This document shows, piece after piece, positions 19,236 to 29,914 of a DNA stretch of 38,934 nt; position 1 is the first letter of the stretch, and each line of letters starts with the position of its first letter. Position numbers and translations under genes: made by a program. Below the pieces are notes generated by a model. The model had not been told where the DNA came from. It saw nothing but the letters and a program-made list of their open reading frames with translations, and searched no databases. This stretch comes from a virus (lineage: Duplodnaviria > Caudoviricetes): positions 1 through 38,934 of IMG/VR virus record IMGVR_UViG_3300020044_003031; one strand, written 5' to 3'.

Positions 19236-20360
19236 TTAAATACGTTTCATACTGCGGATTTTCAAGCCCTTGCCTGAATCAGGGTTTACCGCCTTCACCT
19301 GCATTCCTCCTGCTTGTTTTGAAACTTCAGGCGCTCTACGTTCAGACATATTCACGTTTTTCATTTTACGCGTTACGTCATCAGTGGCATCCGATAGTCC
19401 CTGTTCGTAAAAGAACTTTGCAAACTTATCAGGATTCATTGCAATAGCTAATGACTTGTGATATCCTACTGCGTCTTTTATAAGACCATTGTCATCCAAA
19501 AACTTATTTATAAAGTTTTGTGGTGTTGACTGAGCCTTTTTTAACTCAGAAGAATCTCCGGGATTAAACGCAATTTTCTTGTCATTAACATTAAACTCAA
19601 AACCTTTGAACTCTTTGCTAAAAACCTCATCTGTCTTTTGGTCAAACCATTGACGCTTGCGATTGTTCTCCTCGTTTATAGTCTTCGCCTGTTTTACATA
19701 TTCTCGATAAGACTCGTACTCTTCTTTTTCCTCGTTGGAAAGTCCTGCCGGGCTTGACTCAAGTGGCAGTTTGTATTTTTCCTTTTGAGTATTAAAGAAT
19801 TTCTTAGCTTCGTTAATAGTCTTTTTTCTTTCAATTTTTATCTTCTTAATCTTTGACTCGTCATCTATATCCTCATCATACCTAAAATCCTCCATCAAAG
19901 ACTCTATATCTTCACTGTCTAATCCTTCTTGGGTTGCAGACAGGTATTCTTTTAAAAGCAATTCTGAGTCCATTGAATCAAAATCCTTCTTTAGTTTAAG
20001 GAAGTCATCAATCCCGCGTCCTGTTTCTTTCTTATACTTTAAAAAAGAAGCTACGTCCTCAGGAAGCTCTTCAGCTTCTTTACGCTCAGAAACCAACTCA
20101 TCAAAAGAATTAATCTGTTTATTATATCTTTTACCAATATATGAAAGAACTTTTTGCTCGTCTAAATCTTCTTCTTCAACTTGCACTTCCTCAGGTTTGC
20201 TTTCCTCTACAATCTCAACCTGCTCAGGTTCATTTGTTCTAGACAAGTCTACCTTTAAAATACTATTTGTTTCTTTTTCGTGCTTTTCAAGCAACTCTTG
20301 TTCTACTTGAGCAACACCTTTTTCTTCGGCTCCATTTAAAGCTCTTACTTTTATTTCCAT
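19236..20360 (-). CDS. Capsid scaffolding protein (putative)
   Basis: Highly Glu/Lys-rich helical protein between portal and capsid genes. Confidence 0.65.
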   Translation of the reverse strand: MEIKVRALNGAEEKGVAQVEQELLEKHEKETNSILKVDLSRTNEPEQVEIVEESKPEEVQVEEEDLDEQKVLSYIGKRYNKQINSFDELVSERKEAEELPEDVASFLKYKKETGRGIDDFLKLKKDFDSMDSELLLKEYLSATQEGLDSEDIESLMEDFRYDEDIDDESKIKKIKIERKKTINEAKKFFNTQKEKYKLPLESSPAGLSNEEKEEYESYREYVKQAKTINEENNRKRQWFDQKTDEVFSKEFKGFEFNVNDKKIAFNPGDSSELKKAQSTPQNFINKFLDDNGLIKDAVGYHKSLAIAMNPDKFAKFFYEQGLSDATDDVTRKMKNVNMSERRAPEVSKQAGGMQVKAVNPDSGKGLKIRSMKRI

Positions 20361-20381
20361 TTTATTAGATTTGATTTATTA

Positions 20382-20389
20382 CAAAATTA
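20382..20389 (-). promoter_or_regulatory. -7 promoter element TAATTTTG for the scaffold-capsid operon
   Basis: TAnnTTTG in the intergenic gap, followed by the leader AAATCAAATCTAATAAA-ATG. Confidence 0.6.
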
Positions 20390-20408
20390 TGAAAAAATTA
20401 TTACATTT

Positions 20409-22844
20409 TTATCGAGGCTCAAATTCTGCTAAATCAAACCCATCTAAACTGTCTTCATTAGACTCAAAGTTCAATGGAGGAAGGTTATTCTTCCGTTGGT
20501 TTATAAGTTTTGACTGCTCAGTATTCTGTTGACTAATCCTCTTTGCTTTAGCGTCTTCTTTTGTTTGCTCTCTTTGAGACAACGTGCCATTTTGCATTTG
20601 AGCCAACTGCATATTATAAGCAAACTCTCTCTCCATCAGCATAATCTTAAGCTCCGCCTCCTTCTCAAGTTTCTGAGTGTCAAGCTGAATCTCTAACTGC
20701 TTAAGCTGCATTTTTCCTTGCAACTCTCCCTGCATTTTTTGCATAGCTGTATCTGAAGCCATCTGTTGAGACTGCATCTGCTGCTGAGCAGTTATAGCTT
20801 GCTTCTGCATAGCCATCTTCTCCTCTCTGTCATTCTTCTTAACCCTCTTCAGTTTCAATAACTGATTGGCTAACTTGAGGTTTCTCAACTCTCTGATGTC
20901 AATAGCATCCTCAAGATTTATATCTCCTTTAGATAAAGCCATTTGAATGTTCTGCTCAAGCTGTGCTTTTTGTTCTTCATCAGGAGCAACCTCTATAAAA
21001 ATGCCAAAGTCATATATATACAAATCTTTTATCTCTTCTAATATACCAACATTATACTTACCAATCTGATTCACAAAAACCTCCTTAAAATCAGCATACT
21101 CTAATATGTCAGATATCCTATAAGTCAATGCCTCTGCTAATGTTCTATAGATAAACAACCCCGAGTCAAGTATATGCCTAGTTGCGGTATTGGAGTTTAA
21201 AGCGGCTAATTTTTGAATCCCAACTAAAGAGTTGGGGTCGGGAGTTGAACCATCTCTAGCTTCATTTAGTCCGGTTACAGACCTAATCATATCTAAATAA
21301 TGATTATAGTTTGCAAGAAGCATTTGTGTTTTAGATACACCTGAATTAGATGTTAACTGAGTTATAGGAATTTTTGCATTATTAAAATCTCCATCTCCTG
21401 TAAAGCTACGACCTATAACACTACCTGTTTGGAAGTAAAGCCTTAACGCATCCTCAGGATTGTAGGCGTTGCCTGTACCCAAGTCAACCTCATTCAGCCC
21501 ATCGGCATCTATAAATACACCATCAGGTACAACTCTGTTAATAACCTGCTGTAGCTTTAAGTGTGTAATCTGAATCAAATCAGCAAAAGGAATCATCCTT
21601 CTAACTAGCGACTCGATAATACCCTTGTACATACGAGGAGCGCATGCAACATAGTTTGGTATTGCATACTGAGCTGCTGATTTAGGACGAACCATATTCT
21701 GAGACAAATCCCACTTTAAAAGGATATTTGTTCCCATAATCATCACGCCCTCATACCATACGTCAATAGTTTTCTCTATCTTCTCAAAATTACCCTCCTC
21801 CATCATCTCAGTTGGAGGATTGAAAGTGTCATCCTTTTCTATAACCCTGCTACCACCGTTCTCAAGAATCTTCTTCTTATATACAATCTTTTTGGTAGTC
21901 TTATAGTTGAAGTACATCACTGTTGCTGTATCGCGAAAGAACATGTCGTTCTGATAAAACTGAGCAACATTATAGTAGTCATACCAAGAGTTGCTGTACT
22001 GAGATATCTCCTGCAAGTTCTCTCTTGTAAGTGTCGGGTCAATCTTCAGCAATTCCGTTAATGGAATGGTTTTAATCTCTCCCCAATAGAAACAATCTTT
22101 AAAGAAAGGGTCTTCAGTATAGCTATATACAATATTAGCAGGGTCTACATAGGATATTTTAACGCCAGCACCCGGCAAGAACTCATGTTTGGCTACAGAT
22201 ATACCAATAACCGTAGCGTCATAGTCAAGCCTTTTTCTTATCTCGTCATATTTGTTGGAGTCAAAAATAGTATTAATAGCTTCTTCTTCAGCTATCTCAA
22301 TGGCAGGCTTGTACATAATCTGCATGTGCAACTGCAACTCCTCATCATTTGTCGGTAACTTATCAGGCTCCATCATAAATGGATTAACGCCACCCTTCTC
22401 TGCTATCTTTGTCAATACTTCTTTACCTGCCATTTGAGTCTCGACCATCTCCTGATACTCGCTTCTCTTTCCTTGAGATATTGCATCCTGAGCATAAGCC
22501 TTAACCTTGAATAGCCTCTCGGACATTCCGTTAACAACAATATCAACAAACTTTGGTAAGATGGGTACAGGAGTCCAATCTAGATTTAAGTAAGAAAGGT
22601 CTCCATCAATAGCTAATTCATTTTTATACTTGGCAATAGATTGCTCGCCTCTTGCATATAGCCTAAGCCTATGGAACTCTCTCCATTGTCCGTAGTATCT
22701 ACAGGTATTCCCATCCTTTCTAAACCATTCATATTGTATGGCTTGACCAACCTGTAGTCCATATCCGTCAGATGCCTTTTCAGCATCGGTAGCCATTTGG
22801 GTTGGGAAAGTTGTAGAAGTTACGTCTATTAATATATTTTTCAT
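20409..22844 (-). CDS. Portal protein
   Basis: 811 aa after TerL; PVPILPKFVDIVVNG, TGLNEARDG, long Gln-rich C-terminal barrel helix as in podovirus portals. Confidence 0.8.
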   Translation of the reverse strand: MKNILIDVTSTTFPTQMATDAEKASDGYGLQVGQAIQYEWFRKDGNTCRYYGQWREFHRLRLYARGEQSIAKYKNELAIDGDLSYLNLDWTPVPILPKFVDIVVNGMSERLFKVKAYAQDAISQGKRSEYQEMVETQMAGKEVLTKIAEKGGVNPFMMEPDKLPTNDEELQLHMQIMYKPAIEIAEEEAINTIFDSNKYDEIRKRLDYDATVIGISVAKHEFLPGAGVKISYVDPANIVYSYTEDPFFKDCFYWGEIKTIPLTELLKIDPTLTRENLQEISQYSNSWYDYYNVAQFYQNDMFFRDTATVMYFNYKTTKKIVYKKKILENGGSRVIEKDDTFNPPTEMMEEGNFEKIEKTIDVWYEGVMIMGTNILLKWDLSQNMVRPKSAAQYAIPNYVACAPRMYKGIIESLVRRMIPFADLIQITHLKLQQVINRVVPDGVFIDADGLNEVDLGTGNAYNPEDALRLYFQTGSVIGRSFTGDGDFNNAKIPITQLTSNSGVSKTQMLLANYNHYLDMIRSVTGLNEARDGSTPDPNSLVGIQKLAALNSNTATRHILDSGLFIYRTLAEALTYRISDILEYADFKEVFVNQIGKYNVGILEEIKDLYIYDFGIFIEVAPDEEQKAQLEQNIQMALSKGDINLEDAIDIRELRNLKLANQLLKLKRVKKNDREEKMAMQKQAITAQQQMQSQQMASDTAMQKMQGELQGKMQLKQLEIQLDTQKLEKEAELKIMLMEREFAYNMQLAQMQNGTLSQREQTKEDAKAKRISQQNTEQSKLINQRKNNLPPLNFESNEDSLDGFDLAEFEPR

Positions 22845-25090
22845 TGTATTAATTGGCTTAAGTTACCATCCTGTTTATACCTTGCGAAGTTAATACTAAT
22901 TTTTGATTCTTTTTTTTCAGGCATATATAAGTGTTTCTGATTTGCCATTATTGCTAAGCCCGAACTTATAGAGGCATCAAACTTTGTTCTATCGTTAATA
23001 TCAAATTTTGCCCAATCTTCAAGCGTCCTCATAAATGGCATTGTACCCATCTCCTCCGGGTCTCTATACTTTGCCTCTAAATCCAACCCTACATACTTCT
23101 CAATGTAAGACTCTATTGCAGCAGCATGCGCTTGCCTAACGTCCTCGGAAGAGTTTGGAATACCACCCAACTCTCTCTCTGTCTTTGACAACTTTGAATA
23201 CTGCTTGTCGGGTCTGTTTAAACAGAACCCTCTGTATCCCCTGTTCTTAAAATGGTATAAAAGCCTTGGCTTATTATTCTCTATAAGTATAGGCATCCCA
23301 AAAAACACACAAGCCATAAGCACTTCTTCAAAGAATATCTCTGCCGTTTGAGGGCGAGAAATGTATTCTAAGAAAAACTCATTGACCGGAGCCTCGTCCA
23401 TGTGGAACTTGGTTAACCCATGCAGAGCCCCATTGGAGCCCCTGCCATCTACCACTGCAGATATATCATAGGAATCGCATCCAAATGAGCCTATATGCTC
23501 GTTGCCCGGATACTTAATACCTAATCTTGTGTGAACATTATTTTGCAAATGCTTCTGTGGGAACCAACTCACATAGAACCTTCCGTTCTTATCCGGAGAC
23601 CATATTACCGTACTATCTTTTATCCCGTCCTTCCATTGAAAAGACCCGCGAGTAACATAATGCTCCTTAATCATTGAGTCGTTATAGTCGATCTGATGGT
23701 ATATCTTGGTAAGATTAAATAATGCTTGTTTACTCTCATCTCTGAACGCATGCGACTCTGTTCTTGGGAACTGACGATAAAATTCATTTAGTGCGTCAGA
23801 ATCGCTCTTTAATGAGTCAACCTCTGCCTCCCAATAGTCTATAGCCCCATTTACTATCCATCCTCCATCTACTCCTCCAACACGCTCTTTAGGCTTTCTG
23901 AATACAGGCATACCATACCTATCAATAAAACCCTCCATGTTCCACTCCATTGGAATAAACAATGAGTATAGCCCTGATTTTGTTTGTCCATTGGCGTTCC
24001 TAGATGACAACCTTGAAGACTCATATAGACTCTTAAAGTTATCACCTCCCTTGCTAAGTGCGTTTGAGGTAGAACCCATCATACACTTGCCAATAATCTT
24101 GCTACCCAACCTAAGACATGTCTTCGTTACACGCCAATTATTCAATATATTATTTGGCTTAACCCATTTTCCACTCTCGTCATGAGCCAAGAACAATAGC
24201 TTTTCTCCATCATAAGAGTTCTCTTCTGTATTCTTCCAATCTATTGTAGTGTCTAACCCATCAATCTCCTCTGCCTCCTTCGTGTACATATTCTTCTTGG
24301 TAATCTTAGAGGCAGGTATCCTAAAGGCTAACTCAGTCTTAGGTTTGTCCATACCATCCATGATTGGTCTGAAGAAGAAAGGCAGCCTATTGTTTATTGG
24401 GACGACCTTATCTGTAAACATCTTCTTGGCATCAGCACCGGTCTTTGATAAGATACCAATCCTAGCATCCCTAGCGAGCGTACCTATGTTTATACACTCT
24501 GATGATGACATGAACGAGAACCCCGACCTTCTTATCTTTAGGTATATCATACCAAAAGCTCTAGGGTCTGCCTTGCATGCCTCCCAAAAGATAAAGTATA
24601 TCCTATTAGCCTCCCTGAAATCGGGATAGCCAACGTCAATGCTAGACCATTGTAGATACATCCAATGGGAACCGGTCATATAGGTAGGGTCTCCATTGTT
24701 CATAAACCAAAAACCTTGCTCCCTATAATCAAACTGCTGTTCAATATAGTCAACATGGTTATTTTTAAACTGAACCGGCATTTCATTCCAATGGAATATC
24801 GATTGTATCTTACCTAACTCTCTTGGCAAGTCTTGCCTTTCCCAATACTGCTCCGCTCTAGAGTTGCTTCTTTTATAGCAGTCCTCCGGAGTGGCAGGCA
24901 AAGCTATTACTAGTCCTGATATAGTTATAATGTCTCCTATCTGACCGGTCTTTGAGATGACCACCATGTCGTACTTGTCATTATACCCATATACCCATGA
25001 CCTTATCCTATTCTTGTTTGAAACAACAATAGGTGGCACATAGTCTTCTAGTACTCTGTATAGTTCGTTATTTAGACCTTCTTTCTGCAA
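22841..25090 (-). CDS. terL: Terminase large subunit
   Basis: Walker A KIRRSGFS, Walker B LAHDESGKW, motif III GSTSN, nuclease FGCDSYD, IENN, FDASIS. Confidence 0.85.
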   Translation of the reverse strand: MQKEGLNNELYRVLEDYVPPIVVSNKNRIRSWVYGYNDKYDMVVISKTGQIGDIITISGLVIALPATPEDCYKRSNSRAEQYWERQDLPRELGKIQSIFHWNEMPVQFKNNHVDYIEQQFDYREQGFWFMNNGDPTYMTGSHWMYLQWSSIDVGYPDFREANRIYFIFWEACKADPRAFGMIYLKIRRSGFSFMSSSECINIGTLARDARIGILSKTGADAKKMFTDKVVPINNRLPFFFRPIMDGMDKPKTELAFRIPASKITKKNMYTKEAEEIDGLDTTIDWKNTEENSYDGEKLLFLAHDESGKWVKPNNILNNWRVTKTCLRLGSKIIGKCMMGSTSNALSKGGDNFKSLYESSRLSSRNANGQTKSGLYSLFIPMEWNMEGFIDRYGMPVFRKPKERVGGVDGGWIVNGAIDYWEAEVDSLKSDSDALNEFYRQFPRTESHAFRDESKQALFNLTKIYHQIDYNDSMIKEHYVTRGSFQWKDGIKDSTVIWSPDKNGRFYVSWFPQKHLQNNVHTRLGIKYPGNEHIGSFGCDSYDISAVVDGRGSNGALHGLTKFHMDEAPVNEFFLEYISRPQTAEIFFEEVLMACVFFGMPILIENNKPRLLYHFKNRGYRGFCLNRPDKQYSKLSKTERELGGIPNSSEDVRQAHAAAIESYIEKYVGLDLEAKYRDPEEMGTMPFMRTLEDWAKFDINDRTKFDASISSGLAIMANQKHLYMPEKKESKISINFARYKQDGNLSQLIQ

Positions 25091-25349
25091 ATCCTTGTTT
25101 TGTTTCTGTTTTACTTACCCCTCTATCAATAGCGTCTAGGTTTTCTTTTTCTACTTCTATTCTGCTGAGAATCTCAAATGCGTCAAATATGGCTAGCTTT
25201 TTTGTAGCTGCAGCATTCTTTAACTTATCTGCAGACAAATCCCCTCCGTCATCATCAGGGTTCAATATCCGCTCCTCAGCAACTTTAATAAGCTCTGCCA
25301 CCGCCCTATGACCGGCAGCTATTATCTTTAATTTTGTTTCTTTACTCAT
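25068..25349 (-). CDS. Putative terminase small subunit
   Basis: 93 aa helical protein overlapping the terL start. Confidence 0.45.
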   Translation of the reverse strand: MSKETKLKIIAAGHRAVAELIKVAEERILNPDDDGGDLSADKLKNAAATKKLAIFDAFEILSRIEVEKENLDAIDRGVSKTETKQGFAERRSK

Positions 25350-25821
25350 TTTTCTTTTTTAAAAATATAACCTGTATCAATCTTGCACTATCTCCTTCTC
25401 CAAAGTTTTCAAATATATTTCTTGAATGAGGCAAATTTGATTCAAATGCAATCACACGATTTAACTTAGCATATATTTTACATAATGGATTATCGTCATC
25501 ATCATATATAGTGGTTCCATCATCTTTCGGGTGTATTTCATTAAGATACAATATGCAAGTTACATCTCCCATCATATCGTCCTTATGTATGAAGTTTGGT
25601 TCTATTTGACCTAACGGAGACTTCCTAGCAAAATTGTAGTTGATGTTATATTCAGGAAATAAATTCAATATAAATTTTGCAAACTCATCATTGTTATCTC
25701 TTGATTGAAGATTCTTAAATACATTGTCTCCATCAGGAAAGTCATCAAACTCTCCATTTAGAATATCATCTACATACTCTTTTATGTTATACACTACATT
25801 GTCTAATGTATATAAAATCAT
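25342..25821 (-). CDS. 2OG-Fe(II) oxygenase-like protein
   Basis: HxD (FIHKD), ILYLN, GTTIY, NRVIAF...HSR, distal R (RLIQVIF). Confidence 0.7.
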   Translation of the reverse strand: MILYTLDNVVYNIKEYVDDILNGEFDDFPDGDNVFKNLQSRDNNDEFAKFILNLFPEYNINYNFARKSPLGQIEPNFIHKDDMMGDVTCILYLNEIHPKDDGTTIYDDDDNPLCKIYAKLNRVIAFESNLPHSRNIFENFGEGDSARLIQVIFLKKKNE

Positions 25822-26381
25822 AGCTTTATTGTTATTTGATGGTCATATATCCTATATAACTTCTCTCCATCCACCTCAAACTCGTACTCGCTATCCGGGG
25901 TAAAGCATACACTGTCTCCTTCCCTTATGCCAATATTAAATAAGTAGGTATTAGGATACTTCATTATCCCCATTAACGGTTCCTCAGAGAATGGCTTTTT
26001 AATATAAGACTCTGTTGCAGGGATTGGCTTTACAAAGCAGTACCTGTCGTAGGCATTCCACTTGCCTCCCTTCTTATATAAGAAAAACTGCTCTTCATCA
26101 ATGAAAAACAAGTCATCCTTAAAGAAGCTCTTCCCACTCTTTTGCCTACCCCTCATATCATTGTAGAACTTAAATACATTGTGGTGAACCAAAAGGATGT
26201 CTCCCTTTGATATCGGTCCATTGTATCCCAATGGCAACTCTATAACTTCTGCTTGTCTGTTTGAAAATTTATGGTCTTCTTCTGAAGTGCTGACGATGAT
26301 TTCTTTTCCTGAAATATCTCTTGTATTATCGTATCTCTTCCCATTTAGGGATTTTACTATAAAATAGAATGGAGACCTCAT
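25818..26381 (-). CDS. Tandem two-domain GroES-like protein
   Basis: Two units each with FIVK/FVKP...AEVIEL/GIMKY...I.KGD.L/IREGDSVCF; the second ends EFEVDGEKLYRIYDHQI like GroES. Confidence 0.6.
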   Translation of the reverse strand: MRSPFYFIVKSLNGKRYDNTRDISGKEIIVSTSEEDHKFSNRQAEVIELPLGYNGPISKGDILLVHHNVFKFYNDMRGRQKSGKSFFKDDLFFIDEEQFFLYKKGGKWNAYDRYCFVKPIPATESYIKKPFSEEPLMGIMKYPNTYLFNIGIREGDSVCFTPDSEYEFEVDGEKLYRIYDHQITIKL

Positions 26382-26608
26382 TAGTAATTTATATTAAATT
26401 CGATTGAAATTGGAATGGTAGCATTAAATTGCTTCCATAAAACTATCTCTTTTTTTTCATTTATTATATAAATTAATATAGAATTTGTTTCTACATCATG
26501 TTTTATAAGGTGTATCTCATTAGACTCACCAAGAATCTTTTGCCCTACAATGTAGTGCATCGCTCCGTTTTTATAGTCCGGTCCTATTGATATTTTTCTA
26601 ATGTCCAT
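26381..26608 (-). CDS. Conserved hypothetical protein
   Basis: 75 aa, IRKISIGPDYKNGAMHY; coupled to the next gene. Confidence 0.7.
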   Translation of the reverse strand: MDIRKISIGPDYKNGAMHYIVGQKILGESNEIHLIKHDVETNSILIYIINEKKEIVLWKQFNATIPISIEFNINY

Positions 26609-26609
26609 A

Positions 26610-26786
26610 TTATCCTGTATAGTTTAAGTACTGTGCATCTTCAGGAATAGCATCGCTTGATATATCAAACAAGTCAGGGTACTCTACTATGCTCGGATGG
26701 TCTTGTAAAGGAAGAACCCAATTAGTTGTTATAACTACAGTATAACTTTCAGTGCCTACAGTATTAGTTTGTCTTATATGCTCCAT
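26610..26786 (-). CDS. 58-aa protein after the tail fibre gene (possible fibre assembly factor)
   Basis: Read by hand: TAATG coupling; [15 protein letters not shown]...YLNYTG. Confidence 0.6.
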   Translation of the reverse strand: MEHIRQTNTVGTESYTVVITTNWVLPLQDHPSIVEYPDLFDISSDAIPEDAQYLNYTG

Positions 26787-29700
26787 TAGCTTGTAAAATA
26801 TTGAACGGTGATATTTGCGAATCTATAAGCTGCCGATGAAGTACAGTTAAGGAATAATTCATAACCTGTATCCGTAGGATTTATTCTAAACATTGCCCTG
26901 TTAAAGTTGGCGTTACTTGCAGATGCAGATGTTGTTATCTGTCCTGAAGCATATCCTAATATGTCATTTGCTGCACCAAGACCTGTCTGCTCAACAGGAT
27001 TAGGCGCGCCTGAAGGAAGTGCCATTGTAACTTGTGTCAATGCTGCACCTGCTGTCCCATATAATAATGTAACATTCATTGTAACCAAATTTCCTACTTG
27101 TGTCCAATTATAAGTGTGATTTGTTGTCCCTGATGGGGCAGTTGTGCCTGTCCAAGTTATTGTACCTGAATATGTCTGTAATCCACTTGTTCTAAAAGTT
27201 TGTGCAGTCATGTTAGCAGTGGCATTTGTATTGTTCGCCAACATGGTATATGCCGCCTGAGACAAATTAGCTTTAGCTGCTATCTGAGTTTGTATAGCAC
27301 TTGTTACACCCTTAACATAAGATAACTCTGTAAGACTTGGATAGGTTGCAACAGCTAACGATTGAATATTGCCACTACCATCTAAAGCAAGTAATTGAGA
27401 AGCAGTTAGAGAACTTAATATAGGTGAAGTAGAGAACGTCTTAGCTCCTGCTATTGTCTGTGCTCCTGTTGTTATAACACCTCTTGCTGTAGCAGATGCA
27501 CTAGGAAGGTTTAATGTATGCGTAGTTCCTGTTGAAGAAACTGCAAAATCAGTTCCACTTGTGCCTGCAACTATTGTTTGAGCAGCACCTGTAAGAGAAT
27601 TAATTGCAGTGATACCTGTACCTGCCATTATACCTGCTTGTTGTGTAACAGTAAATATTGCAGAAGCAGTAGATGGTGGTGGGCTACCTGCTGCAATGAA
27701 TGGCATAGTTACTTGAGTACTTGTTGCACTCCATACCAACTCATAATATTCATTTCCAATAACGTCTAACAAATAATTCCAAGAAGGTAATACATGCCCA
27801 TTAATACCCCCATGTTTTGCTACTACAGCAACAAATCCTGCTGAACCTGCTACATCTACACCACCTTTTCTTAACCAAATTGTTACATCATGCTCTTGGT
27901 TATCACTATTCTCAAGCTGAACACTAAATTGTAAGTTATATATTCCTGTATTAGCAAACGTAATACGAGAATCACTAACCACTGTAACTCCATTGCTTAG
28001 GTCTAATGTCCTAAATTTAATTGGATAACCTGTATTAATTGTTGCAACAGTTTGAGTTAACACATCTTGATACATTGCATAATATCCTGTGGGTGTAGCA
28101 GCAGTGTTTGTTCCCCATTTAAGACCTGTTGATGTTGTACTATCTGCTAATAGCACTTGTGTATCAAGTCCTACAGGAAGTCTTGTATCTACCGTAGAAT
28201 AAGTATATAAATCACCTTTGGTTGTAAGAGGAGAAGAGCCTGCACTTATTGTTATGTTTCCCTCATCATCTGCAAAGTTTCCATTTACTGACAGTGCTAA
28301 TGTGCCACTTATATCTTTTGGTAAATACAAGTTATTACTAATACCATAAGCAGAATTGTCTCTAAATATTAATCTTGTTTGAAAAAAACTAATAGGATTT
28401 AAAGGGTCATATACGAATCTTGCAAATTCGTCAATATATGTCATTAAACTCTTAGAAGTATATTGATACGGAAGTGATGACTGTTGCAGTTTTTGTTCTA
28501 AAACAAATCCACTAGTGCTAACTAAAGCCTTATTCGTATCTCGTTCAGCAATATTTAATGGATTAATATTAAAATCATAATAACAATAAAATGTACCACC
28601 CTCCATAAATGAAGATAACAAAGAACCATCTGAAAGAACATAATTTAAAGCTGAATAATTATACGCATGTGTCGTTGTATTCGCGCTTCCATCATCATTT
28701 ACATGAGTAAACTCAATATATTTTGATTTAATATTTAGATTATATGGATTTGTTGCAAGAATATCAATGCTATCCATGAAAATATCATAGGAGTTCAATG
28801 TTAAGTTAGCACTAGTTTGAAGCGCATCCCCCGGGTCTGTACCGGTTAAAGTGTTTCCTATATCAACTACCTCTTGAAGATTTTGAGCTCCTGTAGGAAT
28901 TGTTTGTCTGCTAAGAATACCACTAGCATCAGCCACTACCATTTCTGTACCTGTACCTGATAATGTAGATATTGTTGTATTAGGTATTGACGTATCAACT
29001 TTTACAAAATAATTTGTGTCTCCTAGGTAATACTGATTATTTGCAAAATCTAAATATATACCTATATCAGTACTTGCATATCTTGTTTTTAAAATGCTAC
29101 TTGCAGTATCATTAACTAAATAGCTGTCGTCAAATGTTCCTGCATTATTATAAGGGATATATGTATCGGTTGGATTAGTACCACCACCTGTAGTTATTGT
29201 TATATTACCTGCATCATCAGCAAAGTTTCCATTTACAGATAAAGCTAAAGTACCCGAGTTGTCAGGAAAGTATATATTGTTAGTATGAGCATATGTACCA
29301 TCTATTAATGGTCTAACATATGTGTCTCCAAATACAGGTGAAAGGTTATAATTATCAGTATAGACAAAATGCATCTGTCCATTACCAAAACTACTAGCAA
29401 GAAATGCCGGGTCTCCAACATCAGGAGTATAGTTAAGAGATATGCCTCCTGATGATGGTGAAGATAAATAAGTTTGATTGCCGGTACTGCCAATAAGAAT
29501 TGTGTTAGTAGTCTTATTGCCATTAGGAACAACGTCTGTTACCTGTTGAAGATTAGGGGTGGGAGGACTTGGAGTTGGACCCCAAGACATTCCTGATACA
29601 GCCCTTAGCAACACTTCTCCTACGGCTCCTGTAGAAGATAACATGTCAATAATATACTGAGGTTTTATTGTTGTGGAAGTTATGCCTCCACTAAGGAATA

Positions 29701-29902
29701 TATCTTGCGTAGCAGTATTGCCGGCGTCAAGAGTCTGTTGTAAATTTCCTACGGCAGGAAGAGAAGCAAAAAGGTTGTAAAGTTCTCCTAGTGAAAAGTT
29801 CTTTGTGGCATTTGGAATAGGACCATCTACTTCAGTCCCTATTAGCATGTCGCTAAACGAAAGCGGCTGTGTCGCTAATATATACGTCTCTATTTTTGCC
29901 AT
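26786..29902 (-). CDS. Tail fibre / receptor-binding protein
   Basis: 1038 aa Thr/Gly/Ser-rich mosaic; NLQQ repeats, [25 protein letters not shown]-terminal WTQVGNLVT. Confidence 0.75.
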   Translation of the reverse strand: MAKIETYILATQPLSFSDMLIGTEVDGPIPNATKNFSLGELYNLFASLPAVGNLQQTLDAGNTATQDIFLSGGITSTTIKPQYIIDMLSSTGAVGEVLLRAVSGMSWGPTPSPPTPNLQQVTDVVPNGNKTTNTILIGSTGNQTYLSSPSSGGISLNYTPDVGDPAFLASSFGNGQMHFVYTDNYNLSPVFGDTYVRPLIDGTYAHTNNIYFPDNSGTLALSVNGNFADDAGNITITTGGGTNPTDTYIPYNNAGTFDDSYLVNDTASSILKTRYASTDIGIYLDFANNQYYLGDTNYFVKVDTSIPNTTISTLSGTGTEMVVADASGILSRQTIPTGAQNLQEVVDIGNTLTGTDPGDALQTSANLTLNSYDIFMDSIDILATNPYNLNIKSKYIEFTHVNDDGSANTTTHAYNYSALNYVLSDGSLLSSFMEGGTFYCYYDFNINPLNIAERDTNKALVSTSGFVLEQKLQQSSLPYQYTSKSLMTYIDEFARFVYDPLNPISFFQTRLIFRDNSAYGISNNLYLPKDISGTLALSVNGNFADDEGNITISAGSSPLTTKGDLYTYSTVDTRLPVGLDTQVLLADSTTSTGLKWGTNTAATPTGYYAMYQDVLTQTVATINTGYPIKFRTLDLSNGVTVVSDSRITFANTGIYNLQFSVQLENSDNQEHDVTIWLRKGGVDVAGSAGFVAVVAKHGGINGHVLPSWNYLLDVIGNEYYELVWSATSTQVTMPFIAAGSPPPSTASAIFTVTQQAGIMAGTGITAINSLTGAAQTIVAGTSGTDFAVSSTGTTHTLNLPSASATARGVITTGAQTIAGAKTFSTSPILSSLTASQLLALDGSGNIQSLAVATYPSLTELSYVKGVTSAIQTQIAAKANLSQAAYTMLANNTNATANMTAQTFRTSGLQTYSGTITWTGTTAPSGTTNHTYNWTQVGNLVTMNVTLLYGTAGAALTQVTMALPSGAPNPVEQTGLGAANDILGYASGQITTSASASNANFNRAMFRINPTDTGYELFLNCTSSAAYRFANITVQYFTS
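28247..29257. repeat. Degenerate ~63-bp direct repeat (28247-28309 and 29195-29257) encoding [20 protein letters not shown]
   Basis: Direct comparison; differences are mostly at third codon positions. Confidence 0.8.
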
Positions 29903-29914
29903 CTATTATCATGT

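Noticed and set aside
22841-25090. Intein or intron in the long terL
   Set aside because: No C...HN/(C,S,T) splice junction or homing-endonuclease motif seen; the frame is uninterrupted
28247-29257. Fibre repeat as a DGR template/variable repeat pair
   Set aside because: Both copies are in-frame coding, differences are mostly synonymous rather than adenine-specific, and there is no reverse transcriptase in the window
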